Shown: positions 23,992-37,720 of the stretch, one piece after another
How positions within the stretch are numbered: position 1 is the first letter of the stretch
Layout of the letters: the number at the start of each line of letters is the position of its first letter
Origin: Felis catus
Lineage: Eukaryota
Direction: 5' to 3'
DNA length: 64,000 nt
NCBI RefSeq assembly: GCF_018350175.1
Contig: NC_058383.1
Location: 5,706,001-5,770,000 of the forward strand
Notes under the pieces: generated by a model
Seen by the model: only the letters and a program-made list of their open reading frames with translations
The model's database searches: none
What the model was told of the DNA's origin: nothing
Position numbers and translations under genes: made by a program

Positions 23992-24899
23992 TGACAACTA
24001 GATAATTCTTCATCAATTCACAGTATAAATTTAGAGAAACCAGATGGAGACTATTAACAGACGTGAGTAGCACAGAACAGGTGCTCAACGTGTAGGCACA
24101 CAGACTTTTTCATTTATAATTGATCATGGATAATCAGAACACAGTATTTCCAGAAAGCACAGAGCAATGATGGAGTGAGTCACACACGATTTCCTCCCTG
24201 TTACTTCAAGTGGAATCAAACAATAAAATGAGACAGTAGAAGCCAACCTACTGTGGACCTAAAGTTACATTCCATGAATTATGGTAAACCTGACCAAAAA
24301 CGTCACTGGAAAAAGGATATACTTTTTCTGACAATTTTTAAAATATCAAACGTGATGAGAAATATAATGGAAGTAAAAGCAAACTACACGCAGATGGCTA
24401 TGTTAAATACACAAGTATGTATCCCACAGATTAGAGTCACCAGCACGGAATTAGTACAGAGGCAGATTAGTAACCATGAACACGTGACTCAACTTGAAAG
24501 CTTTACCAGCATCTAAGAATAGCCCTCAGGGCTGCCCACCCACAGTCCCTGGATGCAACTGGAGGTGCTCCTTTCTGGTGAGTGTCAATACTGTACCAGT
24601 AAACAACGGTGCATGTAGGGATAAAGCCAAATAAGTGATAGGGTAAGCATTTCATCCAACACTCCTCCAGAAATCTAGCTTCTGACCTGGCCAACTATAG
24701 TACCACAGTTCTAATTAATGTCTTCATGGAGACCATAATTATTCTACCACTGATCACGACTTAGTCCATCCTATGAAAACAAATTGGACAAACAGAAATC
24801 GTACGTTAGAAGTATATAGTGTTCCAAAGTTCTTTCATAGTCTGAGAGAAAAGTAAACTGCCAGGCAGCATCTGACTTTGTTAAGAAGAGATGCCACTA

Positions 24900-26270
24900 G
24901 GGTAGCCACTAAAAGAATAAAGTGCGTATAACGACCAAACAAGAGGGGAAAAAACAATCAGCCAAAAAGAGGACAAGAGAAGAAATGAACATAGGACAGA
25001 CAGCAGAAAGTAATTACACTTAATGTAAATAGACTATATAATCCAATTAGAAGACAAAGACTGTTAGGATTAAACAAAACAAAACAAAACACCCAATTAT
25101 ATTTTCCTTAAAAGAGATACACTTTAGATATAGGGATACAGAGAGTAAAAGGATGGAATAAGATATATAGCAAACACTAAACAAAAGAAAGCTGATGTAG
25201 GTACATTAAAACCAAACAAGATGTAGTAAGTGGTCAAAGAGGGTGAGAAGCATTATTAGAATTAGACATAAAACAAGATTTCATAATGGGAAAAGGTTCA
25301 TATGGAATATGGAAAATTTTTTTATTCATAGGCAGCTATTAACATGGTCTCAACATATTTAAACTAAAACTGAATTATAAGAAGAAATAGATAAATCAAT
25401 AATAATTGTAGGAGACTTCAATATGCTTCTCTTGGTAAATGGGTAGAATGAGTAGGCAAATAAAGCAGTACAAATGTAGATAACCTGAATAAGATGATAA
25501 ATACAGGTGATCTAGTGAACATATATAGAAGACTATATCTGATAACTTCATTTTTAAAGCAAAGAGTATATTAAAAAGAGATCAAAAGAAAACCTCACTC
25601 TATTTCAAAGGGCTGAAATCACAATGAGTATGCCCTTTAACCACATCAAAATTAAACCAGAAACCATTAAAAGAAAGGTAACCAGAAAATGTCCCTATAC
25701 TGGAAATGAAGAAACAGACTTCTAAATAACCTACAGATCAAAGAAGAAACCACAATGGAAATTAAAATTATTTTGAAATAAAATGATAAATATAGGATAT
25801 AAGAACATGTAAGATGCAACTAAAAATTGTGGTTAGAGGAAATTTATAGCCTTCAAATGCATATGTTAGAGGAGTGTGAAAAACACTAAACACTCATTTC
25901 AAGAATTTAGCGGAATATAATCCAATAAAAATAAATTAACTACTGATAAACATAACAACACAGATATATTTCAGAAATATATTAAATGAAAGAAGCCAGA
26001 CTAAAAAAGCTATATACTGTATGATTCTATTTATAAAACATTCTGGAAAAGGCAAAACCGACAGTATGTGATAAACAAATCTGCTTACTCTGTGATCCAG
26101 CAATTCTACTCCTAGATATATTCCCAAGAGAAATGAGTGCATTTGTTTACCAACAGAAGCACAAGAATGTCCATAGCAGCTTTATTCACATATCCAAGGC
26201 CAGAAACAACTCAAACATCTATCAACACTGGAATGGATAAATTATAGAATGGATAAACTCACACAATGGA
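24900..26270 (+). mobile_element. Degraded L1M fragments (endonuclease region plus 3' end)
   Basis: ORF2 EN-like motifs (ATAATTGTAGGAGACTTCAAT, AAAGAAGAAACCACAATGGAAATT) and 3' motifs (CCAGCAATTCTACTCCTAGATATATTCCC). Confidence 0.8.
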
Positions 26271-26689
26271 GCAGGAAGACCCGAAATCTGTATATAGATT
26301 CCTCTCAAATCCTTGGCTAACACCTAAACTGCACATGCACAGGGTGAGACTCTAAGAAAAACCAGCAGTTAGAAGGATGTAGAGTTTGGCAGAGATTCTC
26401 AGTAGGACACACACTGAGTTGTCAGGGGGAATACAAAGTTGGGAATTCAAGTCCCACCAAGTGAGAAAGGCTTCATAAATACCACAGGCTGCCCAGTGAC
26501 ATCAAGAAGGGACATACCTTAGGAATAAACACTGTCACAGGACAAGGGCAAAACCAAAATAGATCCACCAGAAAAAAATCTACCAGTAAGCCTCCACGAA
26601 TCAAGGTGATCTACTAGTAATGTAACTGTCTACTGGAATAAAACTTCATAATCTTAAGAGGAAGATAACAAAATAGAGTCTCTACAACA

Positions 26690-28048
26690 TTTTTTTAGTT
26701 TAGTTATTTATTTTGAGAGACAGAAAGCAAGCTCACTAGTGGGGTAAGGGCAGAGAGAGAGGGAGAGAGAATTGCAAGCAGGCTCTGTGCTGTCAGTGCA
26801 GGCTCAAACGAGGCTCAAACCCACGAACCATGAGATTGTGACCTAAGCTGAGATCAAGAGTAGGACGCTTAACCGAATGAGCCACTCAGGTGCCCTGAGT
26901 CTCTATAACATTTTATCACAATGTTCAGGACAGGAAAAAAAATTGGTAGGGTGAATGACAAACTTACAAACTCTGAAATCATTTTAGTAGGATCATTTTC
27001 TTTTGGTATTCCAAAATGTATAATTATAATACTTCAGTTTATGTATAACTTCACTATTATAAATAAACTTATATTATAAATCGATACAAAATTTTTTTCC
27101 TTTTGTGACTGGTTTACTTAGTACAATGTCCTCAAAGTTCATCTATGCTATAGGATATGTCAGAATTTCCTCTCTCTCTTTTTTAATGTTTATTTATTTT
27201 GAGAGACAGAGCATGAATGGGGAAGGGGCAGAGAGCGAGGGAGACACAGAATCTGAAGCAGGCTCCAGGCTCCAAGCTGTCCAAACAGAGCCCAAAGCAG
27301 GGGCTCCAACCCATTAACCATGAGATCATGACCCAAGCTGAAGTCAGATGGTTAACCAACTGAGTCACTCAGGTGTCCCAGAATTTCCTTTCTTTTTAAG
27401 GCTGAATAATATTCCACTGTATGGATATTCCTCATTTATCTATTCATCATGAAGAAAAAATGTTGACAGTCACTTTGGTTCTTTCTACCTCTTGGCTATT
27501 GTGAGTAATGCTGCATACACATGGGTGTGCAGATATCTCTTCAAGACTCACTTTATAAAAAATTTATTTTTAAAATAAATTTGTTTTTTTAATTTAATTT
27601 TTTACTTTAGACAGAGAACATAAGCAGGGGAGAGGGGCAGGGGAGGAAAGAGGGAATGGAGCCTGACATGGGGCTTGATCCCACGATCCTGGGATCATGG
27701 CCTGATCTGAAATCAAGAGTCAGACGCTCACCAGGTGAGTCACCCAGGTACCCCCAAATTTATTTTTTTAATTCAAGTATAATAAACATACAGTGTTCTA
27801 CTAGTTTAAACTGATAAAAATGTTTAATAATTCCAGAACTGTTTTATTTATTTTTTTAAATATTTATTTATTTTGGGGACAGTGCAAGCAGCAGAGGGGC
27901 AGAGAGAGGGGGACAGAGGATCCAAAGCAGGCTCTGTGCTGACAGGCTGACCGCAGTAAGCCTGATGTGGGGCTTGAACTCACAAACCACATGATCATGA
28001 CCTGGGCTGAAGCTGGACACTCAACTGACTGAGCCACCCAGGTGCCCC
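26690..28048 (-). mobile_element. Four minus-strand CAN-SINEs (~26690-26896, 27179-27379, 27585-27755, 27842-28048) nested in L1 fragments
   Basis: Reverse SINE consensus; TSDs such as CAGAATTTCCT and AATAATTCCAGAACT. Confidence 0.85.
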
Positions 28049-29976
28049 AATAATTCCAGAACTATTTTAGGTGTATCACAGAATTGAGAAAATGTACAAA
28101 TATGATGATGTTATTGGGAGCCAATATTTGCACATATTTCCAAAATATGTAATGTAAGTGCATATGCTTATTTTTATATGTCCATGTGTATATATGCATA
28201 TATGTATGCATATACACAGGTCTGGTTTTGTATGTATGTATGTACACAGTACACACTGTATACATGCATATATTTCCTAGATCTGTTTGCTGAAAGAATC
28301 AAGATGACACTTCAACAGAGCAATAAGCACACCTAGTATTCAAATCTTAGCTTCTAGTATCATCCCCACTAAAAGCAAGGAGCATTCCTCAGAAAAAAAT
28401 ACCTGTTGATTCCACAATTGAGAAGGGACAAGATGAGCCTCAAACGTACTTTTATGCAAGAAAATAAGGAAGTATACAAGAAAGAATGAATGAATGAGTG
28501 AATGAATTAGAATCAGCCTGAAGGAGCTCCTATTGGTCCAATATAGGACGGTTTGAGCACCAAAGTAATTAAGGACAGTAAGAGGATATATATAAATAAT
28601 TGAAAAAACCTTGGAACCCATGAGCCCACAGCAATAAATAGATAAATAAAAAAAGAAAGAGGAGAGAAAGGAGGGCTTCTGTTAAAAGTAAAATGCAACA
28701 AGTACAGTAAACACTCGTTCAGGCAAAATTAATAGATGCTGAATCTAGAGAACAAATGTTGATGAGGAATAAGAGATCTGCATAGTCTGGGTGCGCCTGG
28801 CTGCTTCAGTTGGTGGAGCATGTGACTCTTGATCTTGGTGTAATGAGTTCGAGCCCCATGCTGGGTGTAGAGGTTACTTAAAAATAGAAAAATCTTCTAA
28901 AAAGTTTTTTAAAAAGATCTACCTGCTCTGGTCATCAATCCAGTGCTGGTTGATAAAGAAGTGTGTTGACATGAGAAAGAATACCTACCAATGCTCTGCC
29001 TATTTCATAGTAAGTCTCTGGCAATCTCAATCTTAGAAAATAGTAGAAATGGCCAAAGATCTGAAGGAGAAAGTTCTCTGAGCCAAACAGAAGTTGTAGC
29101 TACAAACCCAAACATTCTTTCCCTCTTGGAGAGGAGTGGAGTCCCTTTAGACACAGAACAAATGAACTTTTATATATAGACCTAGAATAGGTTTCCCAAA
29201 AGACATCGTTCTTCCATAATGAAAGGCCAGCGGCTACTGCTGGTCTCTCAGCGACAGAACACAAGATGTCTAAGAAGAGCTCCTGAAGATGAAAGGCTGG
29301 CTGAGGAGGCTGGAAAAGAGTGGGGTACTGTGAAAGCTAAAAGACTGGGAGCATTTTCAGCAAGTGGGGTGCTCTGCATTGTAATCACCCACAGTGAACT
29401 CAAGGGGCACAAACATCGGGCAAAGGTTAAAGCATCTGCAGAAAGATGCAATGGTGCCAGACAGGCCTCTGGTAAGTTCTTTAACCTCTCTCCAGGTCAT
29501 CTCATGCAGCCTCAGTACTGTCAGCTGTATGGTGGTAACCAGAATATCTACTTCACAGGCTTAGGAGAGTACAGTGCTTTCCTGAGCTCTGAAAGGAAAC
29601 ACTGGCTGGTAAGGTGTGCATCCAGACAGGAGTAGTAAATTAGTTAAATAATGCATGAAACACAATAACAGAATGGGCCCACATGATTTTCAACACGCTT
29701 TCTTTCTGAGTACTTGTTTTCTGGAAATAAAGCCCACATACTAGGTTGTCAACTTATAACTAGTTACCACATTTGTTTAAATATTTCTTGTTCCTTACAT
29801 GTACACATCTGTGTATTCTTTAATATACTTTAGTATGCTTAAAATGTTTCAGAATAATTCCTAAAATTTACTAAAATAGACAAATGGACACCCACCTCTC
29901 CTAAACTCAGCTCAGTGCTCCTCTCATGTTTCTTTCCCCCTTCCTAGGGTCCCCAAAGGAAAAACTGTCCATCTCC

Positions 29977-30375
29977 TGTTGAAGGTATTCTTGAGAAAAT
30001 GGCTAAGAAAGAATTCTTGAGATGTCTTTGGTGCAAAAAGATGATTTTATTAAAACACAGGGACAGAACCTGTGGGCAGAAAGAGCCACCCTAGGGTTGC
30101 GAGGAGTGACTGATTATAACTTCTAAGTTAGTGGGGGTTAGGGATAGCGTAGCCTCTAAAGAATTTGAAAGCAAGGATTTCAGGACCTTGAGGGGCTAGC
30201 TGCTGTTAAGATAAGCTTACTTTTAGTCTTTAATAAAACAAAAACATTAAGGAAGTAAGGCAGCCATGAGTTGCTTGAGGAAGGTCATGGTCTTCATGTT
30301 TCAAGTGTTTATGAGTGGGCTGCAAGCTCTGAGGAGATTTAAGCTACATTTCTCTTGCCTTTGTTTCCCTTACCA
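29977..30375 (-). mobile_element. Probable solo ERV LTR
   Basis: ~400 bp bounded by TG..CA, minus-strand AATAAA near 30045, LTR-like content; TSD not clear. Confidence 0.55.
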
Positions 30376-30850
30376 CTATTATCAAAAAGGAATACACACA
30401 GTACTCTTTCCTCCCCCTCAGAGCCTTTCCCTTTACTAAACAGAATACTTAGCACTTCAGTTTTAAGTGTTGACAATTCTTCTATACTTATACTGTACCA
30501 GGAATGATCCATTGGAGAACAGACACATCTGACCACTGCTGGTTAGAAACCAACCACCAAGGGCACTTCTGGTTTCTGCTCTGGTTTCTGTGAAGAACTT
30601 GGAAGTCATCACTCTCTTACTCACATCAAGAAGCTAAATAAACTGAAAAACAACAGTGCTTCTTAGATTCAGTAGAGAATTAAGTTCACAGGTAAAGATC
30701 TGCCCTGAAAACCAGAGACAGGCTAATGTGGAGAATCCTGGTTTACTGGCAGCAGAAACCAATGCTGGAGCCAGTACTGCTAGAAACTCTTCAACTGTAA
30801 CTTATGGTTGCTGGAGGCTCAGCACGAACCAGCTTGAGTTAAAAATTCCA

Positions 30851-31076
30851 GGGGCGCCTGGGTGGCTCAGTCGGTTAAGCGTCCGACTTCAGCTCAGGTC
30901 ATGATCTCGCGGTCTGTGAGTTCAAGCCCTGTGTCGGGCTCTGTGCTGACTGCTCAGAGCCTGGAGCCTGTTTCAGATTCTGTGTCTCCCTCTCTCTCTC
31001 TGACCCTCCCCCATTCATGCTCTGTCTCTCTCTGTCTCAAAAATGAATAAGTGTTAAAAAAAATTTTAAAAAAAAT
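30851..31076 (+). mobile_element. Young CAN-SINE
   Basis: Consensus; TSD AAAAATTCCAG. Confidence 0.92.
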
Positions 31077-31584
31077 TCCAGAGGGCTCAGTCTTAGGGGA
31101 GGAGTCTAGCACTTTCATGAGTATTACCTCTAGGAGCCCCCACCAGGTTCCTACCCTGAAGACTGGAGAAAATGCCCATGGGGCTTACAGGCAGGTGGAG
31201 GGGGAAAATAACCGTTCTGAAATCAGCCCAGCATTGTTCTGTTCTTGCTTTGTTCTGTGTATGGAAGGCGAGGCCTCAAAAGAAACTGTTTTACTAAAGC
31301 CTTATGCCAGGTATTTTGACCCACTAAAAATCAAATACACCCCACAAAACAAAAAATGGAGATTTAAACCTAGAATTATAGAATTATCCCCCTCCCTAAT
31401 ACTTCACTACTATAGCATCCATCAACAGGGTTGACATCTGAGACTTCATTTAGAAGGATTTTGGGAGGAAACTGAAAGACAACAGTGGGATGGGACAAAG
31501 CAAGGACATCACAGGAAAACTGAAGTTCGAAGCTCTTCCCAGAGAAAATCACAGAGGACAGAAAATTGGTGCTACATAAAGAAA

Positions 31585-32000
31585 TGAAAATGAGTAAAGG
31601 AAACCTCATTTCAAATGGAGTCAGAAAGCCCCCAAGGGGGTAGTTCTTGCCCATAACCACTTGTGCCATTTGCAGACCTCAGCAGGGAAAAGGCAGCATG
31701 TCTGAATTTCCCAACAGGAAGAAGCCTACTACCCCCAGGAGGAGGAAAGAAGATTTTCTCCGGCCCAGCAACAATTCAGCCAATGAGAAGTCACCATAAA
31801 CCTGAACTCTCGCCCTCCTCCAATGACCTTTCATTCCAAAAGCCCCTCCCACTTTGTCCTTTCCTCTGTAAAAGCAAGCCCTCTCCTGTGTTTTCTGGAC
31901 TTGCCTATGGTTTGTCATAGTCTGCGTACCCCCTATTGCAATTCCCAAAAAACTCATTTTGCTGGTCAACTAGTTGGCTATTTTACTTTTAAGGTTGACA
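31585..32000 (+). mobile_element. Solo ERV1-type LTR (416 bp)
   Basis: TG...CA termini (TGAAAATGAG...GGTTGACA), 4-bp TSD GAAA, two CCAAT boxes; flanks rejoin as continuous L1. Confidence 0.8.
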
Positions 32001-33314
32001 GAAATGAAGAGCATTAAAGAAGGAATGAATGAAAGTAATTAAACCTTGTATTTCTTATTAATTGATACACTAGATAACTGTTTATTTGAAGTAATAGCAA
32101 CAACATATGGAGTGGGTATGACTTATGGATAAGTCAGATGAATAACAGCAGTGCTACAGAGGTTAGGAGGGAGGAACTGGTAACACTCTGCATAAAGACC
32201 CTGTGCTGCCTGGGAAGTGATACAGTGGTGTTTGAAAGTGGACCTAGATTGCCTGTATACTACCCAACCTTAGGACAACCACTACCCAAAAAAAAAAAAA
32301 AAAAAAAAAAGGTTTAAGTATAATCGGTATGCTGAGAGGAGATAAAATAGAATATAAAATGCTCAATTAAAACCAGAAAGTGCAGGAAATGGGGAAGATT
32401 GTTTTAAGATAATGAACAAGTGCAAAGAATACAAAACAAGTACAGTGATGTTAATCTAATGACATCACTAATCATTTTAAATATAAGTGGTTTAAATGTA
32501 CCAATTAAAAGAGAGACTGACAGAGTAGACTTCTTCATGTACACGTGCCCACTAAGAGAAAGCTGAAATACATGGGGAAGAACTGACAGTGCTGCAAGGA
32601 GAAACAGATGAATCCACTATAATAATCACTGTGGACTTCAATACTCTCAGTAACTGATAGCAGGATGATTGAAGTGAACAGCATCATCAATCAACTGAAT
32701 CTAAATGACAGAGTAAACTTCACCCGGCAACAGCAGAATACACATTCTTTTTAAGCTCACACAAAACATTCACCAGTACAGACCACATTCTGCACCATAA
32801 AACATACCTCAACAAATTTAAAAGAATGGAAGTCATACAAAAAATGCCCTCCGACCACGGTGGGATTAAACTAGAAACAAGTAACAGAAATCTAGCTGAA
32901 AAAAATCCCAAAATACTTGGAAATGAAGCAACATACTTCTCAATAACACAGGGGTCAAAGAAGAAAACAAGAGAACTTTTTAAATATTTGAACAAAATGA
33001 AAACACAACATATCAAAATTTGTGCAATGCAAGCAAAAGCAGTACTTCAAGGGAAATTTATAGCACTCAATGCATGTATTAGAAAAGAAGATATAAAGTC
33101 AATACTCGAAGCTTTCAACTTAAGAAGCCAGAGAAAGAAGAACAATTTAAACTAAGGCAAGTGGAAGAAAAGAACTAATAAAAATTAAAGCATAAATGAG
33201 AATAGGATAACTATAATAAAGAAAAGTCAATGAAACCAAAAGCTAGCTCTTTAAAATGCTCCTGATAAACCTCTAGCTAGGCTAAACTAGGGAAAAAGAG
33301 AGAAGACACAAATT

Positions 33315-34008
33315 ATAGGAATAACTTGCTTTATTGTGCTTCGCAGATATTGCATTTTTTATAAACTGGAAGGTTTGTAACAACCCCACATCAAGTATGT
33401 CTATTGGCACCATCTCCCAATAGCATTTGCTCACTTTGTCACTCTGTCACATTTTGGCAATTCTCACAATATTCCAAACTTTCTCATTGCTGAATTTGTT
33501 ACTATGATCTGTGATCAATGATCTTTGATACTACTATTAGAATAGTTTTGGGGTGCTTTTAATCTCACTCATTTAAGATGGCAGACTTAATAAATGTTAT
33601 GTTCTTGCTGCTTCACTGACCAACAGCTCCCCTCCCTCACTTCCTCTTCTCTGGCCTCCCTATTCCTTGAGATACAACAATATTTAAATTAGGTTAATAA
33701 CCCTATAATGGCCTTTAAGTGTTCAAGTGAAAAAAAGATTCATACACCTCTCACTTTATTTTTTTATTTGAAAGAGTGTGTGTGTGAGCGAAGGGGAGGG
33801 GCAGGGGAGGGGCGGGGAGAGAGAGAGGGCTGGAGGCAGGGAGAATCTTAAAGGCAGGATGAGTGTGGAGCACGACGCAGGGCTCGATCCCATGACTCTG
33901 GGATCATGACCTGAGCCAAAATCAAGAGTTGGATGCTCAACTGAGCCACCAAAGTGCCCCACACCTATCACTTTAAATCAAAAGCTAGAAGTGACTGGGA
34001 TTAGTGCT
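33315..34008 (+). mobile_element. Tigger1 (TcMar) 5' fragment split by a minus-strand SINE (~33755-33960)
   Basis: GCTTTATTGTGCTTCGCAGATATTGC...CACTTTAAATCAAAAGCTAGAA resembles the Tigger1 5' end; SINE TSD ACACCTMTCACTTTA. Confidence 0.85.
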
Positions 34009-34089
34009 TAAGAGTCTGTCTCTGCCCCTCCCCCCACTCTCTTTCTAAAAACAAAAACAAAAAACCCAAAATTAAAAAAAAAACACTCC

Positions 34090-34806
34090 ACAGCTATCAG
34101 AATGACTAAAATCCAGAAAACTGACAACGCCAAATGTCGAGAATGTGCAAAAATGGTATAGTTTGGCAGTTTCTTACAAAGGTAAACAGTCGTACTATTC
34201 GATCCAGTAATTGTGCTCCTAGGTGTTCACCCAAATGACTTAAAATCTTTTGTCCACAGAAAAACCTGTACATGAATGTTAATAGCAGCCTTTTCATACT
34301 GCCAAGACTTGGAAGCAACCAAGATGAATGGATAGACTGTTGTGGTACATGTACACAACTGAGTATATTACTCAGGGATAAAAAAGAAAGAAACTATTAA
34401 GCCACGAAGAGACATGGAGAGCAAGCTTAAATGCATATTGCTTAGTGAAAGAAGCCAGTCTCAAAAGGCTACATACTACAAAATTCCAACTAAATGACAT
34501 TCTGGAAAGGGCAAAACTATGGAGACAATAAAAAGATCAGTGGTTGCCAAGGAGGGTGGGGGAGTGGATACTGTAATGGTAGACGTATGTCATTAAACAT
34601 TTGTCAAAACTCATGTTAACACAAAAAGTGAACCTTGTGGCACCTGGATGGCTGAGTCAGTTGAGTGTCTGACTTCGGCTCAGGTCATGAGCTCGCGGTT
34701 CATGAGTTTGAGCCCAGTGTTCGGCTCTGTGCTGACAGCTTGGAGCCTGGAGCCTGCTTTGGATTCTGTGTCTCCCTCTATCTCCGCCCCTCCCCCACTC
34801 ATGTGT

Positions 34807-34840
<34 letters not shown>

Positions 34841-35010
34841 AAACAAACAAAAAAGTGAACCTTAATGTAAATTATAGACTTTAGTTGATAGCAATGTATC
34901 TATACTGGTTCATCACTGAGTGGGAGAGAGAGGAGTATGTGGGAAGTCTGGGTAAGATCTGCTCAATTTTCTGTAAACCTAAAACTTCTTTAAAAAAACA
35001 AATTTATTAA
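34090..35010 (+). mobile_element. L1M 3' end with nested SINE (~34639-34853)
   Basis: L1MC-like 3' motifs; SINE TSD AAAAAGTGAACCTT. Confidence 0.8.
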
Positions 35011-35721
35011 AAACAAAATAACACAAAACAACAGCCGTCTGGAACCAGCAGTGATTAGGAAGCACTGCCCTCTTCTGAGGAAAACACATGCAGTGTCTGA
35101 ATGCTTCTAGAAGTTACTCATGGACAAGAACTTGCATTCTGATTCTCAGTTACCTGTGTGATACCAGTGCCTGCCCAGCACATAACAGTCCTTAAAAGTC
35201 TAGTCAATAAGTATACTGAACAAATGAATTAGAGGGTAATTGCAGTGAGAAAGAACATAAAGTAGTATAGTAGGGCAGAGAAAGGAAAATCTGGCAAAAG
35301 TTTGACCCATCATATGGTGGTATCTGTAGTATTTTATTTTATTCCTATACACATAGGTATCACAGAAAGTCTACAGGAAGAATGCTTTCTGTTAAACCTG
35401 AATGCCTGATCCCTAACTTGCCTTCTCTCTCTCTTAATCTACTCAACAATTGGATCTAGATGGAGAGGCTTCTATTGTGGCAGTACAGACGCTGGCTGCA
35501 TCTGGAGTGTGAGCACCCAGCATCCATATGTAGGATCCTAAGCCCCGGAAGAACAAGCTCTCTCAGCCAGGGCTGGCACCCACACAGACCAGTTTCCATC
35601 CGCAGAGCCTCCAGGAGCAAATTCCTGGCATCTTTTGTTTCCTATCACCAAGGTTTAGTAACCCTGAGGTTTGGTCTCAGAGAATCCTGAGCCACAAACA
35701 ACATATTAGAAAAAGAAAGAA

Positions 35722-35975
35722 GGGGCGCCTGGGTGGCTCAGTCGGTTAAGCGTCCGACTTCGGCTCAGGTCACGATCTTGCGGTTCGGGAGTTCGAGCCC
35801 CGCGTCAGGCTCTGTGCTGACTGCTCAGAGCCTGGAGCCTGTTTCAGATTCTGTGTCTCCCTCTCTCTCTCTGACCCTCCCCCGTTCATGCTCTGTCTCT
35901 CTCTGTCTCAAAAATAAATAAACGTTAAAAAAAAAATATTAAAAAAAAAAAAACAAAACAAAACAAAAACCAAAA
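35722..35975 (+). mobile_element. Young CAN-SINE with A/(CAAAA)n tail
   Basis: CpG-intact consensus. Confidence 0.92.
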
Positions 35976-36846
35976 ATGAAGGGACATTTTTGTTTACAAA
36001 ATTTTCATTCTGCCAGACAAAAAGCTATAATACCAGACTGTGTGGGTTCGATTCTGGACACTTGGCAATCCCGGCTGCGAGGATTAAGTGTGCTAACAAG
36101 GGAATGGTTCCAAGAGCAAGATGCACACTAAACACCCAATGCTAGACTCCCTTCTAGCTCCTGATTTCTGGTAAAAAGTGGGAATGGAAGGGAAAGATAA
36201 TACAGAAAGGAGGAAGTTGGTATAAACCACTTATTTTGGATGTTTGGCAATAAAAGAAGTAAGAAGGTAGCTAGAGAAAGGAACAATAAATTTTTTTCTT
36301 TTTTAAGAAAGGGAATGATAAAAAGTGTGAAGGAAGAATAAATGAAAACCAACAAACTCCATATATGAATTAATTCTTAACTTATATATAAAAATGCTTT
36401 AAAAGGAAAATATTAGTTATCTTTGCATAGAGACTTAAATCTCCATGGGAATTATCATTAGAAAACATCCTGGATATTTAAACTCAAGTCTTTTCAGTGA
36501 AGCAGAGAACAAATGCACGCCCAATATCAGAAACCAATTCTTTCATCACCTAAGGTAATACCTAGTAGAGACATCTTCCCTGAAAATTAAACCAAATATT
36601 ATGTAAATGTAGGGGAAGATTCGGGAATTAGGTGCCGGTTCTGTCATTAGGACTGATAAACTGATTCGGGAAGCAAATTAAATGTTTATTTCCTACTTCA
36701 TTTTTGATCAGCAATTACACTAATTTAGTCCACCTGCTGTACACAAGCACTGTCAAGTCAAAGCACAGGATTTGCAATGAAGGAAAAATATTCCCTGAGG
36801 TGTATTTTAATGTACTACCCTTATTTTAGCTAAAAGGATGACATTA

Positions 36847-37720
36847 GGGAACCTGGGTGGCTCAGTTGGTTAAGCATCTGATTTCGGCTCAGGTCATGAT
36901 TGCACAGTTTGTGAGCTCGAGCCCTGCTTCTCTCCCCTCCTCACCTCTCTGCCCCTCTTGGGAGTCTCTCTCTCTCTCTGCCCTCGCTCACTTGTGCTTG
37001 CTCTCTCTCTCTCAAAAAAAAAAAAAAAAAGGACATTAACTTATTCAAGCTTATCAATTATATATCACCCAGGAATAATTTATCAATTTTGCCTCCATAT
37101 ACAGATTACAAGCAATTGTTTTCTTTACATGTCAATGTAAAAAAACAGCATCAAAAGATTAAAAGTTTTCTACAAGCTATTAGTAAGTTAACATTAATTA
37201 TTCATCTTCATTTTTTCATTGATTAGTAGATTAAGGCTAAAATACAACCATTTTGATACTAACAAAAATGAAATCAGGTGTATTATCAATAATGAATGAA
37301 ACTGAAAACCAGTTATTCCTTATGGTGTCACTGATTATAGGATTTTCAAGGCTAAAAAATGCTACATCTTAAGTTTTAAAAGTTCTTTAAAAATTTGAAA
37401 CAGGACCCCAACACATGAAGATAAGGACAATATGTAGGTAAAGAAGGCACTAAGGTGCTATTTCAGTTCAGTATTATTGAGTAAAACCATCTTAAAAATT
37501 TTAAGTGAAGAATTTTGGGTGCACCTGGGTGGCTCAGTCAGTTAAGCGTCTGACTCTTGATCTCGGCACAGGTCATAATCTCACGGTTCATGAGTTTGAG
37601 CTCGCATCGGGCTCTGTGCTGGCAGTGTGGATGGAGACTGGATTCTCTCTCTCCCTCTCTCTCTGCCCCTCCCCTGATCGCATGCTCTCTCTCAAAATAA
37701 ATAAATACACTTCAAAAAAT
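36847..37720 (+). mobile_element. Two CAN-SINEs (~36847-37030, ~37516-37720)
   Basis: Consensus; second has TSD AAAAATTTAAGTGAAGAA-like. Confidence 0.85.

Larger units (their letters stand above)
30565..33312 (+). mobile_element. Old L1M element (5' region to ORF2 start) with nested SINE and LTR
   Basis: ORF2-like peptide 32826-33155 (DHGGIKLE...AKAVLQGKFIALNACIRKE) with frameshifts. Confidence 0.8.

Noticed and set aside
32826..33155. L1 ORF2-like peptide
   Set aside because: Short degraded fragment of an ancient L1 with frameshifts and stops nearby; not an active element
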